64,000 bases of DNA from positions 30,256,001 to 30,320,000 of the forward strand of contig OX597814.1 in the NCBI GenBank assembly GCA_951406725.2, read 5' to 3'. The translations under genes were made by a program, and so were the position numbers. The stretch is from Octopus vulgaris. Its lineage: Eukaryota. Under the pieces are notes generated by a model. That model did not search any database and had not been told where the DNA came from. It was given only the letters and a program-made list of their open reading frames with translations. This document shows, piece by piece, positions 54,080 to 64,000 of the stretch. How positions within the stretch are numbered: position 1 is the stretch's first letter; every line of letters begins with the position of its first letter.

Positions 54080-54895
54080 GCTCTGAGTTTAAATTCCGCC
54101 GAAGTCGACTTTGCCTTTCATCCTTTCGTGGTCGATAAATGAAGTACCAGTTACACACTGGGGTCGATATAATCGAATTAACCCACTTGTCTGTCCTTGT
54201 TCGTCCCCTCTGTGTGTAGTAAAGAAATAGAAATAGGTATGTTCGTCTGCCGTTACGTTTTGAGTTCAAATTCTGCCGGGGTCGACTTTGCCTTTCATCC
54301 CTTCGGCGTCGATTAAATAAGTACAAGTTACGCACTGGGGTCGATGTAATCGACTTAATCCGTTTGTCTGTCCTTGTTTGCTCCCTCTATGTTTAGCCCC
54401 TTGTGGGTAATAAAGAAATAAATATACATTATGTATAATTGGTTACATGTATGTTATGTGTGTGAATCAAGAAATAATTACGTTCTAACATTGGCAAGAA
54501 ATAATTGCTTTCTAACAAGTGAATCAAAAAATAATTGCTTTCTAACAAGGTCTGGAATTTGGAAACAAGAGACTAGTTGATTATAGCTATCTCCAGTATT
54601 TTATTCCTATCACAAGTACTTAATTTTATCGATGACGAAAGAAATAAAGGCAAAGTTGTCCTGGGCGGGATTTGAACTCAGAACGTAAAAAGCCGGAAAA
54701 AATGCCGTCCGACGTACTAACAATTCTGACAAATTGTTAAAAGATAAGATCTGAAACGTATCTAATAAATTAGAACATATTTGATTGTTACAATAGAAAT
54801 AATAGCTTAGAGAGAAGGTTGAGGGATTAAAATTATATTATCAGATGTTGATCTGAAGACAAATAGCAATTAGAAATATATCTAAAGAGAAATAA

Positions 54896-55126
54896 GGCAG
54901 CGAGCTGGTAGAAACGTTAGCACGCCGGGCGACATGCGTAGCCGTATTTCGTCTGTCGTTACGTTCCGAGTTCAAATTCTGCCGAGGTCGACTATGCCTT
55001 TCATCCTTTCGGGGTCGATAAATTAAGTACCAGTTACGCACTGGGGTCGATATAATCGACTTAATCCCTTTGTCTGTCCTTGTTTGTCCCCTCTGTGTTT
55101 AGCCCCTTGTGGGTAGTAAAGAAATA
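54896..55126 (+). mobile_element. SINE family B monomer
   Basis: Flanked by the direct repeat tatatctaaagagaaataag. Confidence 0.85.
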
Positions 55127-55287
55127 TATATCTAAAGAGAAATAAGCCAACTATCATGTTCTAGACTATTAGGAGTACAAAATTCGCTCTTAGCACACAA
55201 AAATACACTTTCCTTTATGACTGTTTCCGCCTTTCACAAAGAGGCGTCACAGATGTTTGACTGAATATTACCAAATAAAGTATTGTT

Positions 55288-55533
55288 GTACATTATTTAC
55301 ATTTGACGGATATTTGTCCTCATCTTGTTCATTGTGTCTTGGGGAAATTTCGAACCTGGGTTCTCATTCCTAAGGTATTTTTCGATGTTGTTGTTGTTGT
55401 TGTTGTTGTTATTATTATTCGAACTCGGAATCTTGGGGTTAGTAGCCCGCACGCTTAACCACTATGCCAGACATAGTGGTTAAGAGCACGGGCTACTAAA
55501 CCCCAAGATTCCGAGTTCGATTCCAGGCAGTGA

Positions 55534-55583
<50 letters not shown>

Positions 55584-55756
55584 TCGAAAAATATCTTAGG
55601 AATGAGAACCCAGATTCGAAATTTCCCCAAGACATCTGATGAAGGCTGGAGGGTATATTAGCCGAAACGTTGTGTTAACAACAAACAAGACGAGGATAAA
55701 TATCCGTCAAATGTAAATAATGTAAATAATCTTTCATCGTTTAAATATAGAATTGG
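55288..55756. mobile_element. Head-to-head inverted dimer of a tRNA-headed, hammerhead-containing SINE-like element
   Basis: Arms 55290-55468 and 55471-55723 are reverse complements; A box TGGCATAGTGG, B box GTTCGATTCC at 55515-55524; HHR at 55631-55676; 11-bp TSD aaagtattgtt. Confidence 0.8.
55631..55676 (+). ncRNA. Minimal type I hammerhead ribozyme
   Basis: gacat-CTGATGA-a-ggctg..tagcc-GAAACGTT-gtgtt: stems I and II pair; palindromic ACGT stem III. Confidence 0.78.
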
Positions 55757-56271
55757 AAAGTATTGTTATTCACGTGTGGTGGTCTCTTGATAACCAAAAT
55801 TATAAAGGGAAGAAATCATCTCCTCACAATATGAAGTGAGGTTAGAAATCTGAATTCCTCACCAGCAGCAATTATCTCTTAGTTAATATAACTAAATATT
55901 TGAGTTCCTATTCCGCCGAGGTCAACTTTGTCTTTTATCCTTTCGGGGTCGGTGAAACAAGTACCAGTTGAACACTGGAGTCGATGTCATCAACTTCCCC
56001 CTCCCTGAACTTGCTGGCCTTGTGCCAAAATTTGAAACCGTTACAAACAAATATGGTAAGGCGGCGAGCTGGCAGAATCGTTAACACGCCGGGCAAAATA
56101 TTTAGCGGCATTTCGTCTGTCCTTACGTTCCAAGTTCAAATTCCGCCGAGGCCAACTTTACCTTTAATCATTTCAAGGTCGATAAAATGAGTCAATGTCA
56201 TCAACTTATGCCTCACACATCACGAAATTACTGGCCCCGTTCCAAAATTTGAAACCACTATAATCAACTAT

Positions 56272-56567
56272 GTGGAGGCGCAATGGCCTAGTGGTTAGGG
56301 CAGCGGACTCGCGGTCGCAGGATCGCGGTTTCGATTCCCAAGACCAGGCGTTGTGAGTGTTTATTGAGCGAAAACATCTAAAAAGCTCCACGAGGCTCCG
56401 GCAGGGGGTGGTGATCCCTGCTGTACTCTTTCATCACTCTTTCTTCTGTTGGCCTGCTCGCTTAGCCAGCGGGGTGGCGTCATTTGAAGGCTAAAACAAT
56501 GCGAAAGCATTGTGACCAGCGATGTGTGACAACATCTGATGGTCTGGTCGGTCCCGTGATCTCGTGA
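56272..56567 (+). mobile_element. tRNA-derived SINE (head C, tail Z)
   Basis: TGGCCTAGTGG A box, GTTTCGATTCC B box; flanked by ataatcaactat. Confidence 0.82.
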
Positions 56568-57924
56568 TAATCAACTATAGCAATATTATTCGGCAGCGGT
56601 TTTGGATTTCGAACTCAAGCATTCCAGATTCGAATTCGCGGACGGTTATCTGCTTCAACTTTATGTTGTTAGACGAATCCGTATTAATTGGCTTTAATTA
56701 CTAGCTAAGCTGACAAAACTCAAATAAATCATGACAACCGAAGATATCTATGTTCGCCTAGATACCATATATGAATGGGCAATGCTTATAAAATTCCATA
56801 AATTCCATTAACTATCAACAAAACAGTTTATCTTGCTCTATAGAAATAATTTAAAACGTTGAACATAACCAGCTGAATCTATTTTCATCAGTGGCGGATG
56901 TAGCAGTGAATATAGAGAGGCGTTACATGAGTGGTTGTTTTTATCTCTATCATTTCTTAGCTATTCATCCAATGAGACTTACTTTTGAAGCAAATACTTT
57001 TTGCGGACAGGCCATGCCGGCTAAGTGATTTTCGATCAATCAGCGGCCGATGTTTTCAACATCGTTTTGATGCCTAAACTTACACAGAGAAGAAACTAAC
57101 CTTTTTGAGCTCTTATATCTTATTAATACACGGTGGCGTAGCTGGCAGGTGCGGGTGGAGATCCGGTAAGGGCGATGCTTCGATGGGTCAGCACTTGGGC
57201 GGCAAAGACAAGGGCAAACACGGGTGTCACATACTTTAGCTACACAGACACCAAGACTTGTTAAGTTGCTATCAGACCCTTTACTTGTCTGTGAAGGACA
57301 CAGTTTTAATAAAGGCTAATGGTTATCCGTCCTCACCAATATTTCTACCATCAGATGACAGCAGACTGTCATCACTTTGTTCTGAAGACACACTATTCCA
57401 CTAACTAGTTGCTGCCCACAAATTTGCAAACACACCACTTCAATGTCGTACTGAGAATGAAAAAAAGAAATGGCCACCACGACGGCAATCACAGCTGTGA
57501 TTTCATCAGCCTGAACGTCGATACTATGTTAGAATAGAAACTTATCTTCACATGAAATTTAACTATAGGAGCTCACGAAGAATAGCTGGTTCATGAAGAA
57601 TAACACTCACGAAGCTCACTAAGAATACTTTCAGTCCTTGAATTAAAATCATTTTAAATGTTATTCTTCTCAGTTTCGTTCTAACTTCAAACTGTTATTT
57701 AGTTCTGGTGTTATTAGATATTTCATGGTTTTTTCTGTTAATGTATCTTGTACCATTTTAATAGCATTGCCTCGTCGGACGTTGACATCTACTTGTTTGA
57801 AATGACTGTATTATGTTAAAATGTAAACAGACTTTCTTGTGGACATTATTATTAGCTTTGTTGATGTTTTCCATACACGCATTTATGTTCTGTAAACCAC
57901 AGCTTGTGAACTCTGTATTTTGTA

Positions 57925-58294
57925 CTAGCAGTATCGCCCGGCGTTGCTCGGGTTTGTAAGGGAAATAACTATAAAGCATTTTTAGCGAGTTATAGCCAAA
58001 AAATGGAAAAAAAATGATGGTAAATTTTTTTTAGTTAAAAAGGTCGAGTTGCGTCCCCTAGACAGTCTGTGGTTTGTGTTTCTGATTCTCGACCCCATGT
58101 CGAATTTATCGATTTTTTTCAGAACTGGGGGAACTTTTCAAAATTTTCGCTGCGTTAGTTTTGAATTATGACATTGGGCTATGTGTGTGTCAAGTTTCAT
58201 CAGAATCGGTTGAAAGCCGTGGTCAGGGTGAGGGTACAACCTAACAGACACACAGAAACACACACAGACAAACTGCCGTTTATATCTAGAGAGA
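57925..58294 (-). mobile_element. Non-autonomous Helitron (third subfamily)
   Basis: Same 3' hairpin and CTAG as the 2795 copy, different 5' half, A|T target. Confidence 0.8.
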
Positions 58295-58613
58295 TTCCAG
58301 TAAAATATCTTTCAATTTGAATTACAACAATTCATTTCCTTTGTCAACATAATATTTCGAAAATTATAAATTAAAATTTATAATTCTCGAAATATTATGT
58401 TGACAAAGGAAATGAATTTTTATAATTCTAATCCAGAAACGCGTCCATAATTAATCGAAGACTGTTTGATTTCATTATCTTCCTTCTTTTTACCTATGTG
58501 AGTTACAGATATTGTTATCTGTGGTGTCATATTTTGCAATGAAAAGAAATAACGGGCTTTTGGCTGCTATTTCTAATTTTTCGGTATGTGGTGAAGCAAC
58601 TTGTTGCTAAACC

Positions 58614-58713
<100 letters not shown>

Positions 58714-59262
58714 AGATAGAGAGAGGTGGAAGTAGGGAGAAACGTAGCGAGGTTAAATAGAGTAATTATTGTAAAAATATACACCTTACGATTCAAACTT
58801 AAGATAGTGGTTTCGATTCTTGGACCGGGCCATGCGTTGTGTTCTTGAGTAAAACACTTCTTTTCACGTTGCTCCAGTCCACTCAGCTGGCAAAAATCAG
58901 TAATCTTGCGACGGAGCAGTGGGGGTGGGTGGTGGAATATTTACGCCACAAAATTCACGAAGCCAGCCTTATGAACCAATGCTTCATGAAGAGCCTTCGA
59001 TCGTTCGGTTCGATGTGTAAATACAAATATGTATACACAAACGAAAACACGTATATAATTATTTTTCATTTTGGTACAAGGCCAGTAATTTTAGGTGAGG
59101 AGGTCTGTTATTTATATCGACCACAGTACTTGATTGGTGTTTATTTTATCTATTCAGGAGAGATGAAAGGTAAAACTGATCCCCGCCGGAAATCGAACTT
59201 AGAATTGGGATTGAACAGCATCAACATCTCAGCTTCCAGTCGGGTTAAGACTAACCGAAAGT

Positions 59263-59313
<51 letters not shown>

Positions 59314-61145
59314 AGGTGCGATGGGTAAATTTTCGCCATTTTATATTTCTAATTTAAAAACCTGATCATACTTGCGAAACTGGTTTATTTGTCAACAAGG
59401 AAACCGCGTAAAGGTTTCCTTGAAACAGCAACCAATTCTTGGAAGAACATTGGATAATGTAGTTCTTGATTCACTGTGCTACGATAATCATAACTGGAAT
59501 GGCATTGATCAAAAATTTGTTTCTTCAGTTAGGACAAACCTGGGGCTTAACAACACCAGCTGGATGGTCCACTGAAGTAAAAATTCCTTTTTTCGTGTTC
59601 TTTTTCTGTCTTGCAAGTTACATGGCAACCCCACTAGTGTTGGTGGCATGAAAAAAGTATCCAGTACATTCTGTAATGTGATTAGCATTAGGAAGGACAT
59701 TAAGCCATAGGAACCCTACCAAAGATGACATTGGAATCTGACGCAGCCCTGCAGCTTGTTGGTTCTTTGTCAAACCATCGTGACCTATGCCAGCATGGAA
59801 GGCAGGCATTAAATGATGATGATGAAGGACAATGCTAGAATGTGAAAATGATGAACTCTTGATCTTTTAATATACTGAAAACTACTTTTATGTTAAGTTT
59901 GGTTAATTATGCGGTTCTTGGCTGAGAATATTTTCAATTACATCATCATCATCATCATCATCATCTAATATCCCCTTTTCCATGCTGGTCTGATTTCTCT
60001 TAAACACTGTTGTTCAGTCTTCCACTTGGTCTATTACTTCTGTCTTAATGAGAATTATTATTATCGTTTACTTCCAAAATAATGATTCTTATAACAACCA
60101 GGTTCAACTTTTATCCAGTAACAAGTCCTCACCTCTGAAGTAGAAAATCTACTTCCTTTTATTTTTATAATTATTTTCATGATTTAAAAAAAAGAATTTA
60201 TTTTCTTTATTCAGATGGAGTTGGTGATGAAGTTTCGATGACCGAGAGAAGCTGTCTCAACTTAACTGACACTCGTAATAACCTTGAAAAACATATGAAT
60301 CTTGCAACATTCACTTTTTTTAATTCTAGATAAAAATGAGTTTTTTAACAGTAACAAATGAACATGTGCTTAGTAGTTCTCTCATCACCACTTCGTCATG
60401 CATGTTGAAGTTCTCACTTTTCTGATGAGGTCTAATAAGACCGAAATTATCCCCCACATTCATTTTATATCACAGTTTGCGAACAATAGCGTCGTTAGCA
60501 TTAGATATTCAGCAAGTCTAACAAGATGTCTGTCGGTAAGAGTGATAGGGGAGAATTTGTACCTTAGTGCAGACTCTCTCAAAGGATATCATCCACAAAG
60601 CACCAGTTCTTTTCAATTTTGCCGACGATGTGTATATCATTCACTCATATACACTGGCGATACACACATATACGCACACAGAACATAGGTTTTCTCACAT
60701 TTTCAGTATAATAGATTCCATCCACAAAGTATTGCTCAACCAAAGGCTATGCTAGAAGACATTCTGCCCAAAGTGTCACTTAATAGAAAGCCCCTTTTTG
60801 TGCCTTGATGTATCGGAATATTTCTCAAAAACAAGGGTCTTTCAACTTTCATTGAATCGAAACCGCGATCCTCCGACCGCAAGTCCGCTGCCCTAACCAC
60901 TGGGCCATTGCGCCTCCACATTCGGTCATTGACACGATATAGTAATAGATTTACTTGCAATACCTTTTCAGTTCTCGATTTCAACATCGCTCTCTTGAAA
61001 ACCTGGCTTGGTGTTGTTCCAAGTACTTTTATCGTAACACGAACGTTTTCCATGGATATGTTTTGATTTTTCTGATTTAAGTGATCATGTGTAAATGCTA
61101 AGAAAACTGCAATCTTCCCAGTTTTCTCTGTGTATTATACAATCT

Positions 61146-61814
61146 GTGGAGGCGCGTGGCTTAGTGGTTAGGGTGTCAGCATCATGTTTGTAAGATTGTG
61201 ATTTCGATTCCTGGACCGGGCGACACGTTGTGTTCTTGAGCAAAACACTTCATTTCACGTTGCTCCAGTCCACTCAGCTGGCAAAAATGAGTAACGCTGC
61301 GATGGACTGGCGTCCCGTCCAGCTCGGGAATACATACACTATTGAAACCTTGGAGGCGCAATGGCCCAGTGGTTAGGGCAGCGGACTCGCGGTCATAGGA
61401 TCGCGGTTTCGATTACCAGACCGGGCGTTGTGAGTGTTTATTGAGCGAAAACACCTAAAGCTCCACGAGGCTCCGGCAGGGGATGGTGGTGATCCCTGCT
61501 GTACTCTTTCACCACAACTTTCTCTCACACTTACTTCCTGTTTCTGTTGTACCTGTATTTCAAAGGGCCGGCCTTGTCACTCTCTGTGTCACGCTGAATA
61601 TCCCCGAGAACTACGTTAAGGGTACACGTGTCTGTGGAGTGCTCAGCCACTTACACGTTAATTTCACGAGCAGGCTGTTCCGTTGATTCGGATCAACCGG
61701 AACCCTCGTCGTCGTAACCGACGGAGTGCTTCCATCCATACACACTATTGAAACCGGGAAATGGGGCCCATGAGCCTGGCTAGGCTTTAAAAGGGCGCAT
61801 TTATTATTTGTTTT
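61146..61814 (+). mobile_element. SINE (head D, tail Y) containing a nested SINE (head C, tail X) at about 61350-61741
   Basis: Outer TSD tattatacaatct; inner TSD acactattgaaacc at 61336-61349 and 61742-61755. Confidence 0.85.
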
Positions 61815-62286
61815 TATTATACAATCTACGAAAATGTATTAAATTTTAAAATCGAAACCATGCCTTCATGAATTAGTTTGTAGAGACAAATCTTTTACCA
61901 TTTATATTGCTTTTTCCCCCCATATAGCATAATTTTTTCCTATTCATTTTGTTTTTATGTTCCCAGCATTAAGTATATCAACACTTAACATACATTAAAG
62001 AAAAGACCGATTAAGCAATATATTCACACAAAAACATTCGGTCATTCTCTTCTAGCAAATAAAAGAATAACAAAAACGACGGTTTAAAATAAAAAAATAT
62101 TTTTTCTTCATAAATAATCTTTTAAAACATTTAAAATAAAATTAAAAAAAAGTATAAGTGTTAACATAGTCCAACAATTTCTGTATTTTGAACAACGTAT
62201 ATGAAATTTACAAATGATTTAAATGGTATGGCACTGAAGCTTTTATTTCGGTTGTCAAAGACTACCGGTATTTTAGTTGTGAGAGT

Positions 62287-63208
62287 TTAAACTGTTTCTT
62301 TGTTAAACTGTTCAGTCTTGTATGCATTTAGATGACACAGTTCTTTATTTTCACTGATGCCCGTATTTGCAACTTTGTTAGTATCTGTAAACGTACTAAA
62401 ATCATTATGGTGAAATTGAATAGCTTTATTACTTTTTTCACCAGATACTTTTGGAACAGCAGATGCTGAATTGTTCTTCAAAATAGATTTAGGGTTTGGG
62501 GATTTCATGCATTTTGCGTGCTTATTTTTGTCGCTTTTTACGTGTAAATATGAAAGGATATTCAAGTAGAAAGAATGTTTATCGTTGGGTAAAACTGGTG
62601 GTCTGCTTTGTGATTTATTCAGCTGCCATACAAAGCGTAAATTGAAAGCCAATCTGAAAATAAGCCACGTATTGATAATTCCGAAGAAAACGATTGACAA
62701 AAAGAAGAACGCAAGAGGAATACTTTCCATAGCAAAGATGTGCTGTTTGTTATAAATATAAATGAAACTAACAATTGGACAGACTCCTCGAAGAAAAATC
62801 ATGGCGACCAACTCTATGAAATGCAATTTGAAGCTTGATTTTGGCTTCGTTTCTGAACGCTTAAGTTTATTTGCAATTTTTAAAAGTATAACCGGCGACG
62901 AAGTTGTTTCCATAAAGGGACCAAGCAAACCGGCAAACATGTTTTGTTCAAATCCGTTGATCACAATGTAAGTGCTGAGTGCGACGAAATGGTGAATAAG
63001 TACTGCTGGATATCTGTCTTTCATAGAAAAAATCCGTACAAAGCAAAGATAGAAATATTTGCCTATGCTGAAATTGTACGTCATTTTAAGAACTTTGGAT
63101 ATGTGTGCTCCTTCAGGAAAAAACAGTGGGTACCGTAAAACATCCGTTTCAATCAAGCACCAGATTGCTAGAATCACTCCAACCCATATTAGAATTTGTT
63201 CAGTTATT
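62287..63208 (-). CDS. Terminal exon of a TLC (TRAM/LAG1/CLN8) domain multi-pass membrane protein; upstream exons not identified
   Basis: Acceptor ataatttcAG at 63210-63209; several hydrophobic helices; VLIHH, FMETTS and IFLRG match TLC-domain conserved positions; hydrophilic C-terminal tail; TAA at 62289-62287. Confidence 0.75.
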
Positions 63209-64000
63209 CTGAAATTATAAAAAATAAAATATATGATATGATATGATATAATATAATATGATATAATATAATATAATATAACAATACAATACAATATGAT
63301 TTGATACACAAAATAAGATGATATAATACTTTATTGACTAAAATGTTGATGGGTTGAGGAAAGATTAATTATACGCCGAACAAATTACAAGACTATATAG
63401 AAATAAAATTGATGGTATGCATTAAAAAGCTTGAAACTAAAAAAATCCCACGAGTCAAACTAATAAATAAAATGGTTAAACAAGTGGTTAAAAGTGTATT
63501 CGGAAAAGCCATTGTTTCTATATTATATAGAAAAGTGAATAGAAATGCCATGGGAACTGTAGTTATTGTTGTTTAATCCCCCACCACTTCTCATGTCAGG
63601 CTGGGTGTAGTCTTGTTTTTGTTGCTTCTTGCTTGCTGGAGGATAGGGCCGAGCCCATGGCTTTCGCAAGCCCTCATTGACCGAAAAGATTTCTTTACCA
63701 CTTGAACCTTTGTCGATCAACACCTGCGAAAAAGATATGAGCAAGGAGGGAATTTCAGAAGGCTGCATTCTGGTAAGGACTGACCAAATGCTGCGATAAA
63801 TGCGTGAATTTGGGGGTTAGACACAAAAGTATAACGGCCCTAGTGCAAATAACGAGAAACGAAACCGAGCCTGTATTATTCTCAAGAGATTTTGAGATAA
63901 TCAAGATTTAAAAAGAGATATCTAGAAAAGAGAACACTCCTTTATTTTACCGGAAATGCCTAGAGCTAGGAATGGTCCTTTATTTGTAAGCATGTAATTG

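Larger units (their letters stand above)
50286..54421 (+). mobile_element. SINE family B multimer split by the RTE insertion
   Basis: SINE sequence at 50287-50548 and 54077-54420; 19-bp TSD atatacattatgtataatt at 50267-50285 and 54422-54440. Confidence 0.85.

Noticed and set aside
56272-56350. tRNA genes at SINE heads (also 28930-29000, 55471-55535, 61146-61220, 61351-61425)
   Set aside because: A and B boxes are present but there is no complete cloverleaf, and each continues into SINE body with TSDs.
59372-60325. Possible + strand exons near 59400-59575 and after the acceptor-like site at 60214
   Set aside because: Short frames with no motif or consistent partner exons; cannot be supported without transcripts.

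Overview
AT-rich, microsatellite- and transposon-dense eukaryotic DNA; the SINE/LINE families and simple repeats point to an octopus (cephalopod) genome, which is an inference. Most ORFs in the supplied track are microsatellite or SINE artefacts. Two host genes are supportable. One is a + strand spliced gene (exons 8833-9748 and 17679-19222, phase-compatible) encoding about 815 aa with three tandem dsRBD-like repeats, resembling NKRF/CARF but lacking G-patch and R3H. The other is the last exon of a - strand TLC-domain membrane protein (62287-63208). The rest is mobile DNA: a near full-length RTE LINE, an RTE with a PHD finger inserted in its RT, CR1-like fragments, three Penelope-like (PLE) remnants, non-autonomous Helitrons and several modular tRNA-derived SINE families, including a 184-bp tandem SINE array. 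The least-annotated layer is RNA. By eye I count about 14 type I hammerhead ribozyme (HHR) motifs in PLE-type repeats, several with very long stem II insertions. One sits inside a tRNA-headed SINE inserted as a head-to-head dimer, suggesting a Pol III plus ribozyme element mobilised by Penelope machinery. All calls were made by eye without alignment tools, so repeat boundaries are approximate.
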